A DNA stretch of 64,000 bases from an uncultured archaeon. GTDB lineage: Archaea; Asgardarchaeota; Lokiarchaeia; Sigyniarchaeales; SOKP01. Of the stretch, positions 1-9,988 are shown one piece after another (within the stretch, counting starts at the first letter, position 1; each line of letters opens with the position of its first letter). The stretch spans positions 1-64,000 of the forward strand of contig CAZWEM010000017.1 of the NCBI GenBank assembly GCA_964632315.1, read 5' to 3'. The notes below the pieces were generated by a model, which was not told the DNA's origin, did no database searches, and saw only the letters and a program-made list of their open reading frames with translations. The position numbers and the translations under genes were made by a program.

Positions 1-1
1 A

Positions 2-313
2 TCTTATTATGATTGGTCATTAGATTCTAAGAAGAAGCTTTCTGAAACAAGTAAATGTAACAATCCTGATTGCAGAGTTCTTCGATGTTATTCTAAAAAA
101 GATGTAGATTTTTGCTTTCAATGTGAAGAATTCCCGTGCAATAATACTAAATTTGATGACGATCTAAAAACCAGATGGATTCAAATGAATAAGAAGATGA
201 AAAAAATTGGTGTAAAACGCTATTTCAAGAAATCAAGGAAGCACCTCGATATAAATGAAATGCGAAATACCCCTCTAATTTTAAAAGGTTTGAAATCCAC
301 GCTTATGGTATAG
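2..313 (+). CDS. 3' part of a DUF3795-like Cys-rich protein (start lies before the window; possible frameshift near 223)
   Basis: Frame from nt 2 reads ...CNNPDCRVLRCYSKKDVDFCFQCEEFPCNNTKFDDDLKTRWIQMNKKMKKIGVKRY..., stop TAG at 311-313; not in ORF track because it has no start codon here. Confidence 0.65.
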   Translation, partial: SYYDWSLDSKKKLSETSKCNNPDCRVLRCYSKKDVDFCFQCEEFPCNNTKFDDDLKTRWIQMNKKMKKIGVKRYFKKSRKHLDINEMRNTPLILKGLKSTLMV

Positions 314-370
314 ATGTGAAAGATTGGAATATTATAAAAAAGATTTATTAAAAATAAAAAAATTTTAAAT

Positions 371-2875
371 TTAAATAAATAGGGACATATTAGATTCATC
401 TGATGCACCTAACATGGTTGCAACTCCACCAATTGTAACACCATCGATAAGTTCTTCTTTTTTTATGCCCATAATACCCATTGTCATTTGGCATGCAATT
501 AATTTTACACCATAATTTATGGCGGATTGCATTAAGTTTTGTAATGGTTCCACGTTCTTTTTTTTCATGATATCTTTTATCATTCTTGTTCCGAGACCAT
601 ACATGTTCATCTGGGAGATGGTTAGATGGTCTACACCACGAGGCATCATTTTACCGAATAATTTTTCTTGGAAATTCTTTTTAATTTTTAGTTTTTTCGA
701 TTTTTTGGTTTTTCTCAGGATATTTAGCCCCCAAAAAGTAAAAAACATGTGAACTTGTCGTCCCATTGAGGCTGCTCCATTTGCTATTATGAAAGCTGCG
801 GTTACCTTATCGAAATCATCGCTGAAAATAATCATATTTTTACCATTAGGAATAGATACAGGAGCACTGATGGAAGGTATTTTTGGAATTTCCTTTTTAA
901 TTAAAGCCGTTATTACTCCTTTTTCCTCTGAAATATCAATCAATTTATTATTAGTTTTTTCTGCCCATGTTTGTATATCCGAGAAAAATCCGGGATCTGT
1001 CGCAGTAATTTTTAAAATATCTCCGGATTTAAGATTTTTCATAGTATCCCCAACTTTCATTATCGGTCCAGGGCATGCTAAACCACAGGCGTCAATTTCT
1101 ATCGAACTGGTAGGAATTTTTTTTGCTTCCATTGCAACAGGAGTTATTTTAGCCGAAATAACGTCATTGGTCGGAATTTCTAGATCGTCAAAAATACCTT
1201 CATTAGTTTGAATTTCTGTCGTCATTTTATACGCTTTATAACCTCCGCTTAGATTCTTAACATTAAATCCATTTTGCTTCAAGATGCGCTCAGCATAATA
1301 AGCCCTTTGTCCCGTTTGGCAGTATACTATAATTTCTTTATCTTTAGGTAATTCATTCATTCTGGATCGTAAATCTCGTAAGGGTATATGCATAAAATCA
1401 TTTATTGCACCTAATTTGACTTCCTCATCAGTTCTCACATCTAAAACCACACTTTTATTAGGATTAATTGAACCAATTTTGTCCCAATAAACGACATCTG
1501 TATCTCCTTTTAATATGTTTGATGCCACAAAACCCGCAATGTTTACCGGATCCTTTGCAGATGAATAAGGAGGTGCGTATGCCAGTTCTAGTTCCTCAAG
1601 GTCATAGACCGTCATCCCAGCACGAATTGCAGTTGCAATCACATCAATTCTTTTATCCACTCCCTCATATCCTATAATTTGAGCGCCTAAAATCTTACCA
1701 TCATCAGGTGAAAAAATAAGTTTGATGGAAAGAGGAATTGCATTTGGATAATAGCCAGCATGGGAAGAATTCTGAGTATATGAATTCAAATATGGAATAT
1801 TATACCTTTTTAACAATTTCTCATTGTTACCCGTAGTTGCAATCGTCAAATCAAAAATTTTAGCAATTGAAGTTCCTTGGGTCCCCCTATAAACACTATC
1901 TATGCCTTTAGTTCTGCCGCAAATATTATTAGCTGCAATGCGCCCTTGTTTATTCGCAGGTCCTGCCAGAGCAATAATTGCGGGCTTCTTATTAATATAA
2001 TCTGTTATTTCTATTGCATCACCTATCGAAAATATGTCAGGATCCGATGTTTGAAGATGATCATTGACTTTGATTCCGCCCAATTTTCCAATTTCCAAAC
2101 CGGATTCTTTTGCAAGTTCAATTTCTGGTTTAATACCCACACCGAATATAACAAGATTTGCACGTAATTTCTCTCCGCTTTGAAGTTCAACAATGGTAGA
2201 TATATCGGTTTCTTTTTCAAATTTTTTCACTCCATCAGATAAATAAAGTTCAACATTTTTTGATTTTAAATGCTGGTGTACAAAAGCTGCCATTTCATAA
2301 TCAAGCGGACTCATTACCTGATCTAATAATTCGCAAATAGTTACTTCTATTCCGCGATTTGCCAAATTTTCGGCCATCTCCAAGCCTATATATCCGCCTC
2401 CCACTATTACTGCACGTACAGGCTTATGTAAATCGATGTAATTCCTTATTACTTCTGTATCCGGGATATTGCGTAATGTGAAAATATTTGAAAGATTAAT
2501 TCCCGGTATTGGCGGTCGAACGGGTATTGCACCAGGTGATAAAACCAAATTATCGAAACTCTCAGAATATATATTATTGTTCCGTAGATCCTTTATTTTT
2601 ACAGATTTATTCTCGCGATCAATGCTTATCACTTCGCTTTTATTCCTAATATCAATATTAAAACGTTCATGCATGTGTTGGGGACTTTCAACTATCAACT
2701 TTTCCTTTTCCTTAATAACATCTCCGATATAATAAGGCAATCCACAATTAGCAAAAGAGATATAATCTCCCCTTTCTAACATAATGATTTTGGCAGTTTC
2801 ATCCAAACGCCGCAATCTAACCGCACAAGATGCACCGCCGGCCACACCCCCCACAATAATTACTTTTTTAACCAT
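371..2875 (-). CDS. CoA-disulfide reductase / NADH-dependent persulfide reductase-like flavoprotein fused to rhodanese, TusA/SirA and DsrE-like domains
   Basis: GGVAGG FAD motif, SFANCGLPY redox Cys, GGGYIG NAD motif, YAPPYS, rhodanese CQTGQR, TusA-like DACGLACPGP, DsrE2-like FFTFWGL and ACQMTM. Confidence 0.9.
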   Translation of the reverse strand: MVKKVIIVGGVAGGASCAVRLRRLDETAKIIMLERGDYISFANCGLPYYIGDVIKEKEKLIVESPQHMHERFNIDIRNKSEVISIDRENKSVKIKDLRNNNIYSESFDNLVLSPGAIPVRPPIPGINLSNIFTLRNIPDTEVIRNYIDLHKPVRAVIVGGGYIGLEMAENLANRGIEVTICELLDQVMSPLDYEMAAFVHQHLKSKNVELYLSDGVKKFEKETDISTIVELQSGEKLRANLVIFGVGIKPEIELAKESGLEIGKLGGIKVNDHLQTSDPDIFSIGDAIEITDYINKKPAIIALAGPANKQGRIAANNICGRTKGIDSVYRGTQGTSIAKIFDLTIATTGNNEKLLKRYNIPYLNSYTQNSSHAGYYPNAIPLSIKLIFSPDDGKILGAQIIGYEGVDKRIDVIATAIRAGMTVYDLEELELAYAPPYSSAKDPVNIAGFVASNILKGDTDVVYWDKIGSINPNKSVVLDVRTDEEVKLGAINDFMHIPLRDLRSRMNELPKDKEIIVYCQTGQRAYYAERILKQNGFNVKNLSGGYKAYKMTTEIQTNEGIFDDLEIPTNDVISAKITPVAMEAKKIPTSSIEIDACGLACPGPIMKVGDTMKNLKSGDILKITATDPGFFSDIQTWAEKTNNKLIDISEEKGVITALIKKEIPKIPSISAPVSIPNGKNMIIFSDDFDKVTAAFIIANGAASMGRQVHMFFTFWGLNILRKTKKSKKLKIKKNFQEKLFGKMMPRGVDHLTISQMNMYGLGTRMIKDIMKKKNVEPLQNLMQSAINYGVKLIACQMTMGIMGIKKEELIDGVTIGGVATMLGASDESNMSLFI

Positions 2876-3047
2876 TTAATACACAACCTATTATTTTTAT
2901 TTTTTTTATGACAATTCAAAATTCAGCTGAATCAAATAGTTATATTGTAAATTTAAATTGATGGTCTATATTTTTAAGAACAGTACAATTATTAACAGAG
3001 GAGCTGGATTAATCGTTTTTGCATAAAGTAAGAGTTTCATTTTTATT

Positions 3048-3473
3048 TTATTTACAAAAAGAATGTGAAGAGGTATGAGTAATAAAATTATGATTATACC
3101 TACTCAAACGTTTTTTTATTCCAGCATTATGAAATTCTCCTCCAGAATTATAAAGCGTGCAGTTTTCAATTTTAAAATACTCAGTGGTATTTTCAATATG
3201 GATTCTATTACCCATTCCTCCTGCATTTATGATTAAATTTTTAAGAGTATAAGGATTAGATTCAGTACCTTCACCACTGCATATACCTGCCGTTTTTGTG
3301 GTAGTCCAATTATTATTAATATGAATTTTCCCAGAATTTGCTGAATTCTTTAAATGAACCGCGACATTCAAACCACCATTTTCGATATTTTTAATAGATT
3401 CTCTTTTAGAGATAAACATTCCACTAAATAGTAAGAAAACAATTAAACTATAACAAACTGTCTTGGATTTCAA
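3048..3473 (-). pseudogene. Truncated NosD/parallel beta-helix surface protein fragment
   Basis: Signal peptide plus IHINNNW...CSGEGTESNPY...FKIENCTLYNS, homologous to the N-terminus of the 3398-aa protein (INIDDNW...CSGSGIYGDPF...FVIQNCTFYN); stops after about one beta-helix turn. Confidence 0.55.
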
Positions 3474-3666
3474 ATTTGATTCCTTTTTAAATATTTAAAT
3501 TTAATAAACCGAAGTAAACTTTTATATCATCTTATATGTCTTGCGAGTAAAATCCACTTACTTATTCTCATCATTTCATTTAATTACTTGATCCATATTG
3601 AATGAAGTTTTTTCACTATGGTGTTAAGTTAGATATAATAATTTTGGAGAAAAATATTGCTTCTTC

Positions 3667-4422
3667 TCATAAGAATAGTGCTCGATTACGTGTTGAAACC
3701 TCTTTTGAACAATTAAATGCTTCCTGGATGGTTCTAAATTCACTTAATCTCTTCAAATTAGAATATTGAGGAAATACTATTTTTATTTCTTTTTTATTGT
3801 GTCTCTTTATAAGTTGTTGTGGAGTACCCCAAATTCCTTTTGTCAATTCATCCTTAAACAAACTTATTTTTTGATTCTGAGGATATTCGCAGAGAAAAAA
3901 TTGTGTATCAAATCGAATAGGGGATGCTTTAGGTGTAATAAATCGTCCAAAATAACTTAAATCACTCGCATCATAGTAGAGATTTTCTTTAACTAAAATA
4001 TCAGTCATTTTTATTTCCTTTCTTTGAAGTTACCCTTGATATTGTTGAAGTTTTTCTTGATCTTTTTCAATTAAGTTATTTGGATCTTTTTTCATTGCTC
4101 TTGCTAAAATAATTCCAGTCTCTTCGAATAGTTCTCGGATTGCGATTATCCAAAGAACTGGGGGAGAGTCATGCACGATTTTCAAATTATCAATTAGGGA
4201 GTGATCAAATCCAATAACTCTTTTTTTTGAGTAGTCTGTTAAGTCTTGATTTTCAATTGCACCACCTGGAAAAACATAGTGATCACTCATGAATCTTGTA
4301 TTACTATTTCTTTTCGCCATGAATACTTCAAATTCACTATCATCTTGAGAATCCAAATTTGGGACTTTTTGACGAAGCAATATTACAGTAGCAGCTACTT
4401 TTGGTTTAATCGGTTCTGTCAT
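3667..4422 (-). pseudogene. NUDIX hydrolase (NUDT19-like, acyl-CoA diphosphatase type) interrupted by one in-frame TAA
   Basis: VFPGG...AIRELFEETG Nudix box in the 5' ORF; FITP...RFDTQFF and IVFPQ in the 3' ORF; junction reads CAA GGG TAA CTT CAA AGA AAG GAA ATA AAA ATG in one frame. Confidence 0.8.
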
Positions 4423-4498
4423 TTGATCTCCAAATTTTAAAAATATTTGGCAATTTAAAAACCACTAGCAACCTATTGGGACAATAAAAAAGAAATAA

Positions 4499-5188
4499 TC
4501 ATTTTGGAATTGATTGACTATTCAACTCTCTTCTAAAGCTGCTAAAGATCAATAGATCACCAATTATGAGGGAAGAAACCGAGCTAATGTTAATTAAACT
4601 GGCTATAAGAGCACCTACAACACCAAAAAATTCGAATGTCTGGGGAATTAATACGAAACCAATTATAATGAAGGTGACTCCAAGGAGCATGATTATCATC
4701 TTCTTCTTTTTAACCGTTAGATGTTTTGAATAGATAAATAGAACAAAATATGGGAGAATTGTAGAAAGTAAAAATATAACAATTAGCACAAAATTAGAAA
4801 TGGGAGCGAATCCTAGTATTAATACTAAAGCTAAAGGAATTATACCAGCAAAATAATGCTTTTCGTACGTGATTTTATTCATGACTTTTTCTAAATGAAT
4901 TACTTTATTCCAGACGGGAAAAAAGTAGAGTAAAATAGTTATTCTACCTATCCAGAATGAGACTAAAGGGCTCAATGTGATAAATAGGGCAATTAATCGC
5001 AATATACAAATAATCGCGATATTGAAAAAGAAGATCTCCCAGGAAAATAAATCATTATAGCGATGGAAGTGCGCTACTTTAGAAATTCTCTTAGCAATGT
5101 AAAGTTTATCGATAATGATAATCGCAAATATTAAAGATAGTATTATTGTTATTATATATTCTATTAACACAATGATCAGCAAATCCAT
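4499..5188 (-). CDS. Integral membrane protein, about 7 TM helices, no soluble domain
   Basis: Seven hydrophobic segments; basic KKKK loop before TM6. Confidence 0.7.
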   Translation of the reverse strand: MDLLIIVLIEYIITIILSLIFAIIIIDKLYIAKRISKVAHFHRYNDLFSWEIFFFNIAIICILRLIALFITLSPLVSFWIGRITILLYFFPVWNKVIHLEKVMNKITYEKHYFAGIIPLALVLILGFAPISNFVLIVIFLLSTILPYFVLFIYSKHLTVKKKKMIIMLLGVTFIIIGFVLIPQTFEFFGVVGALIASLINISSVSSLIIGDLLIFSSFRRELNSQSIPK

Positions 5189-5229
5189 CTCAATTCCCTT
5201 TCATTGTTGTATAATTGACTTAAAAATCT

Positions 5230-6507
5230 TTAACCTTGTAAGGTAAACAAGATAGCTGGTATTAGGTTTCCCTTTAATGATAATCGTTCATTTTTCGCGG
5301 GATGGATCAAGTCCTTTGCCATTTTATTGACAACATTTTCTGCAACATCAAGATGAAAAAGGTTCCGATATTTAGGATCATCTGGATTGGAAATCACGTA
5401 TTCTTGCCATTTCAAACCCAAGGCATTTGCTTGCAATTGGAGTCCAGCTAATGCCATCCCCACTTCAATTTCAGCCCAATATTTAAGGTTAAATAACTTG
5501 TGAAAAGCTCCAGAACAAGGCTTTTTTCTATCAATACATAATAATATAGCAAAATGCCCTAATTTCAAGTCAAATTCGCTTTCAATTTGCGATTTATCTA
5601 GATCAGAACTGTATTTCTGAAGGAAGTGGTCATATTTTGTATCATTATCTACAATAATCCATCGATTTAAAGCAGAATATCCAATTGGGTTATATAGATA
5701 AGAACCTTTAGGAAGTTGAGCAAGATTTTCTACAATTACCATTGGATAAACCGCGTAACCCGCACACCCAGAAGCATGAACTCTCCCATAACCATTTTTT
5801 TCTAAAACATCCCTGTTTCCATGAGTTGCATGATCATTTTCTCCTTCGCAAGCCCAAAGCAATTGAGAGATTTCTTGTAAAGTTGTATAATCGGGTAATT
5901 TTTTTTCTGTTTTATTAAAAATAGCGTAGTTTAGAGGAGTTCCCTCATATTTATGCCTATATAATTTATGTCCCTCATAGCAAGATGGAGTGGAAAGTAT
6001 ATATTGATCCTCCTGTATTTCTACTGCTGGAGGTTCTGCTTTATCTTCTATTAAATCACCTCGATCTCTTTCTCTTACTGCAACTGAATAAATAAAAGTA
6101 TGATTTTCATTGACTTTTTCATTAACAATCTTGTTAATTGCTTTGGGGGCTTTCGCTCTTTGGGACACTCCAAGGCCTAAACTTCCTACTTTTAGAGAAA
6201 GATACTGCAAGACTGATCCTATTTTAATAAGTTCATTCAGGGGGATTGATTCTTTCCAAATTAATTCTGGATAAAGTTCCATTGAATATTTGGTTTTTAT
6301 TTCCCCTGAAATTAATCCTAATTCTCCTTTTTCATACTTATAGATCCCACTTGAATATTCATTACCTTCTGGTAACACAACAAATAAAGCTTTTAGTGGT
6401 GCTGCTTGGTTAGCTGATTCGCATATCTCTAAAATGTCTCTTTTTGATAAAATTCGACCGTTTCCTGAGCAGTCTTTACGACTCGCTAAACATTCTTGTA
6501 GACTCAT
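5230..6507 (-). CDS. Divergent nitroreductase / SagB-like fold protein
   Basis: TLQEISQLLWAC, GRVHASGCAGYAVYP (cf. RxxPSAGALYP), LPKGSYLYNP, EVGMALAGLQLQANALGL; N-terminal half looks like a second degenerate copy. Confidence 0.55.
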   Translation of the reverse strand: MSLQECLASRKDCSGNGRILSKRDILEICESANQAAPLKALFVVLPEGNEYSSGIYKYEKGELGLISGEIKTKYSMELYPELIWKESIPLNELIKIGSVLQYLSLKVGSLGLGVSQRAKAPKAINKIVNEKVNENHTFIYSVAVRERDRGDLIEDKAEPPAVEIQEDQYILSTPSCYEGHKLYRHKYEGTPLNYAIFNKTEKKLPDYTTLQEISQLLWACEGENDHATHGNRDVLEKNGYGRVHASGCAGYAVYPMVIVENLAQLPKGSYLYNPIGYSALNRWIIVDNDTKYDHFLQKYSSDLDKSQIESEFDLKLGHFAILLCIDRKKPCSGAFHKLFNLKYWAEIEVGMALAGLQLQANALGLKWQEYVISNPDDPKYRNLFHLDVAENVVNKMAKDLIHPAKNERLSLKGNLIPAILFTLQG

Positions 6508-6639
6508 TTGACAAACACAATTTTTATTCTTTTTTAGTCTATAGAACTTGCTTCTAATTAACTTTTATCAAAGTTCTATTATTAAAGATTCTCACTAGGA
6601 TTCTTTAGCTTAACTCTAAATTACCTCAAGAGATAATCC

Positions 6640-7299
6640 TTATAAATTGTCTTTTGGGACTACTAAATTTTTATTCAAAATTATGAACTTCAACCGTGGA
6701 TGTGGGATTAAAGGTATCATTGGAAATAAAAAAGCCTTTATTTCGTCCCACTTCTTCTTTCCTTTAGTTCCCTCTAAATGTATTTCTATCTTTTCTTGTT
6801 CTTTTGGTTCTGCTTTATACACTTCATCCTCCAAGGCGTAATAAGGGACTTGAAAAATGACTTTCTTGTGAAAAGACAGAGTTTTTACATTTTTGATTAA
6901 GTAATCTAACTCATTATATTTAATTTCCTTGAAGTGATTTTTTCTATTAAAGAGTCCTTTTCTAATAAGCTCCACAATTCTCTGGTTTGTGACATAAAAA
7001 ATAGTTCTTTTTTTTCGGAAAAAGGAGAAATAACCCGCCCTTAGAAGTAACGGAATTAACAATACTCCAATGATTAGTAAAAGACTTCCCATTATTAAAA
7101 ATGCAAATGTTAAAATTGAAGGGTGAAAAGCAAGGGTGAATAGAAAAAAAGCACCAACAAACAGTCCAAAATTTATCACTATAACAAGGATTTTACCCAA
7201 TATCCTGAAAGGAAAGCCTTTATGGTCATATACATGTGGAGTCTCAACTAACACGTTTTCCTCTTCAAGCAAATTAAAATTATTCTTGTAACCTTTCAT
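6640..7299 (-). CDS. Two-TM membrane protein with a probable PH-like (bPH) domain
   Basis: Two TM helices followed by FYVTNQRIV...EIKYNELD. Confidence 0.55.
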   Translation of the reverse strand: MKGYKNNFNLLEEENVLVETPHVYDHKGFPFRILGKILVIVINFGLFVGAFFLFTLAFHPSILTFAFLIMGSLLLIIGVLLIPLLLRAGYFSFFRKKRTIFYVTNQRIVELIRKGLFNRKNHFKEIKYNELDYLIKNVKTLSFHKKVIFQVPYYALEDEVYKAEPKEQEKIEIHLEGTKGKKKWDEIKAFLFPMIPLIPHPRLKFIILNKNLVVPKDNL

Positions 7300-7421
7300 T
7301 TCATACCTATAATTTTAATACTCTAATTAAAAAATATTTCTCTTTAAAATTTAAACAAAATTTTGAAATTATTAACATAGAAATGGAAATTTTTCTTGGA
7401 GTATTAAGTTTTTCAACTGCA

Positions 7422-7880
7422 TTAATCATTGGACTTGTTCTGTTTAAGCTTGTAGATCGTATCACAATACTCATCCCCTTCTGCGACGGTTTTAAAAATC
7501 TTCAATTCAATACTATTGTCTACAGCGGTTCTGAAATACTCCGCATCAATTTCCATGACCGCTTCACATAATTCTCTTGATGTGTTTTCAAGACCAAATG
7601 GACATTTATTTCCTTGAATTTGGAACAATTCATCAGAAATTTGGATTATTTTAACATCTTTTGGGTCATAACTTTTGGAGAATGCTTTAGCTACTGTTGA
7701 TAATTTATTATCTGCTAATTTTTTTCTAACCTTCAAACCAAGCGCACGTCCTTGTTTCTTACAAGATTCTCTTATAATAGGTAGCACGTCTATTCCAAAT
7801 TTTCGATAGGTTGCCTTAATTAACATTCCTTGGGCTTCAATAGGATTTTTCGGCAAATCTTTATCTTTAATTTCTTTCAA
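7422..7880 (-). CDS. ATC-hydrolase / V4R-like small ligand-binding protein
   Basis: KCPFG...ELCEAVMEID...TVAEGDEYC Cys pattern. Confidence 0.6.
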   Translation of the reverse strand: MKEIKDKDLPKNPIEAQGMLIKATYRKFGIDVLPIIRESCKKQGRALGLKVRKKLADNKLSTVAKAFSKSYDPKDVKIIQISDELFQIQGNKCPFGLENTSRELCEAVMEIDAEYFRTAVDNSIELKIFKTVAEGDEYCDTIYKLKQNKSND

Positions 7881-8118
7881 ATAACCACTTTTTCTCTTTT
7901 TGGTTGGATAAAATATTATTTTAAAAACTCCAAAACGATTATAAGGATGTGTTTTTAAAATTTATTAAGAATGTCAGTAGCACATTGTTTTTAAAGATTA
8001 ATTATTAATCGATGATTTTAATTAAGTGCATGATTATAATTTTTCTTTACTCATTTAGCTTTTAAAGCATCTATTAGAAACCTTAAAATAAATAAATTAA
8101 AAACTCTTATTTATAAAC

Positions 8119-8451
8119 GTGACAAATGGATTTGGGGCTGACGGTAGCTTTAAGCTGCTGAGGAACCTCACCTCACCATTCCAAAGAAGGAGTAGAGAAC
8201 TACCATGGTGAAAACCATGTTTTAGCAACTGAAACGACACTGCCTCTTGTCCAATATTGATGACTCGGGATTAAGCCGAAGAAATGAACGGGAGGAATGG
8301 TTGGAACGAGCTAAAACCTTTGGTGCAAGGCCAAATGAAAGCAATGAGCGTTTGGAACGATGCTTTAGGTAGACCGCTTAGTTTGATGCCCTATGGATAC
8401 CTGGGTGACCGGATATCTAACAGAAGGGTGGGTATAAATTCCAGGTGTCAC
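8119..8451 (+). ncRNA. rnpB: Archaeal RNase P RNA
   Basis: GC-rich island in an AT-rich intergenic region; CR-I-like GAGGAACCTCACC (~8160) complementary to CR-V-like ACAGAAGGGTGGG (~8420); internal GCAACTGAAAC, GGAACG and GGTGCAAG motifs; terminal pairing GTGACA (8119)/TGTCAC (8446) and TGGATTT/AAATTCCA. Confidence 0.9.
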
Positions 8452-8457
8452 ATTTTA

Positions 8458-9075
8458 TTAAAAATTTTTAGATTTCCCTTTCATATCAAAACTTGCAATA
8501 GCTCCACTTCTATTTTCAAATTCCCACTTTTTTCCGAGATCATTATAATTCCAGTAATGAGTGTTACAAATTTTGATTTCTGAAAAATAAATTCCGAATG
8601 GAGAATTTTCGAGCTTCTGGGGATTTTTTCCATCTAATCCTGGAGTGTACGAAAGCTTCATTTCACCATAGGGCATCTTTACGTGGAAAGTATCTTTTTC
8701 TCTCATGAGTTCAATGTTTACATACTTGATATCCAGTAGCTTCTTCAGTAAAATACTTCCAGGAATGTTGTTAATGAAAAATGATTTTAAATATTTTCTT
8801 TGTTCTTCATCAGTTTTTTCACTAATGTAAAGACCTCCCTCACCCCCTTTACTCAATAGATCTGCGGCTTTATTAGAATACAAATCTACTACATTAATTG
8901 CAAGTACTCCATCGAGACTTACATCTCCGATTCTTCCCTCTTCAATTTGAAATAATTGAAATGATTTACAGGGTTCCTTTCGGTCTCGGCCAAAATAAAA
9001 TGAGCAATGCCCTTCAGATGCACAAGCTTCATACCAAAGTCCTTTCGTATACCAACTAATTCTTTCCTTAGACAT
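8458..9075 (-). CDS. DUF1326-family protein
   Basis: W..KG.WYEAC...C...C, IEEG..GDV.LDG, YISEKTDEEQR pattern. Confidence 0.7.
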   Translation of the reverse strand: MSKERISWYTKGLWYEACASEGHCSFYFGRDRKEPCKSFQLFQIEEGRIGDVSLDGVLAINVVDLYSNKAADLLSKGGEGGLYISEKTDEEQRKYLKSFFINNIPGSILLKKLLDIKYVNIELMREKDTFHVKMPYGEMKLSYTPGLDGKNPQKLENSPFGIYFSEIKICNTHYWNYNDLGKKWEFENRSGAIASFDMKGKSKNF

Positions 9076-9293
9076 TATTAAAACCTTCTTTCTTTAAATT
9101 TAAAGGATATTTGGACATTTAAGTTAAATAATTAATCTAATATGAAACTAAAAGACAAATTTATATTTTAATATTATCTTCGCAAAATGTTCAAAAAAAT
9201 TGTAAGAATGTTCAACACCACTTAAAAATATAGAATAATAATTAAAGATCTTAATTTTATCAATTAAACTTTAGAATAAAAAAAAATAAGAGT

Positions 9294-9971
9294 TTATTTA
9301 CCAATTTCATTTAAGATCGCAGGTATTTTAACTCTAAAATTAGTAGTATCCAAGATTCCTTCATTTTCATCCATTGGTTTTACAACATTAAGAATTACGA
9401 TATCTGCTCCATTAAAATAGGCTTTTCGAATTTTTGTATAATTTAAACCACCAGCAACAGAAATAAAAACATCATATTTTGATCGCACTTTATTGATGTC
9501 TTTATAACGAATGATACTCCTTGGATTGATTTCTTCATCGCGTCCTTTATGAATTACTACAGCATTGGGTTTATATTTTAATTTAAAAATTTTTTTTAAT
9601 GGATTATCTTGTCCAAGCATGTCGATCATTGAATAAATTTTAAAATCAGTACAGGCTTTATTAAATTGATCAAGTGTTTCATTCGGAGCAGTTCCTAATG
9701 CAGTTACCGCGTTAGCCCCATTAGCATGAGCAAAGGCTACTTCCTCATATGCTCCATCGGTTACTTTTAGATCAGCAACCATGATTCCTCTCCATATTCT
9801 CCGTATAAACCTAATGCCCATTAATCCTTCTCTTTTTATGTAAGGAGTTCCAGCTTCAATAATTATCCGTGGATCATATGGAATTTGAGGAATTATTCTC
9901 TGGACATCTCGAATAGTATGATTAAACGCAATTTGAACGTATCGCTTGTTAGGTGTTAAAGTTTTACTCAT
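9294..9971 (-). CDS. 3-hexulose-6-phosphate synthase-like protein (HUMPS/OMPDC TIM barrel)
   Basis: IIEAGTPYIK, VADLKVTD, HKGRDEE, VAGGL, GADIVI motifs. Confidence 0.75.
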   Translation of the reverse strand: MSKTLTPNKRYVQIAFNHTIRDVQRIIPQIPYDPRIIIEAGTPYIKREGLMGIRFIRRIWRGIMVADLKVTDGAYEEVAFAHANGANAVTALGTAPNETLDQFNKACTDFKIYSMIDMLGQDNPLKKIFKLKYKPNAVVIHKGRDEEINPRSIIRYKDINKVRSKYDVFISVAGGLNYTKIRKAYFNGADIVILNVVKPMDENEGILDTTNFRVKIPAILNEIGK

Positions 9972-9975
9972 TAAA

Positions 9976-9980
9976 TCACC
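9976..9980 (-). promoter_or_regulatory. Shine-Dalgarno GGTGA upstream of the HPS-like gene
   Basis: GGTGA 4 nt before ATG; the same motif occurs at 35667-35671 and 63807-63811 ahead of other starts. Confidence 0.55.
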
Positions 9981-9988
9981 ACTTTAGA

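Noticed and set aside
519-2732. Short antisense and alternate-frame ORFs inside the CoADR fusion (and likewise within dnaJ, dnaK, meaB, rSAM, MFS and others)
   Set aside because: Shadow ORFs of well-supported genes with no motifs of their own
4030-4032. Selenocysteine or pyrrolysine recoding in the Nudix gene
   Set aside because: The codon is TAA, not TGA or TAG, and is not at a catalytic position
8284-8583. 99-aa + strand ORF
   Set aside because: Overlaps the RNase P RNA and the antisense DUF1326 gene; no protein motifs
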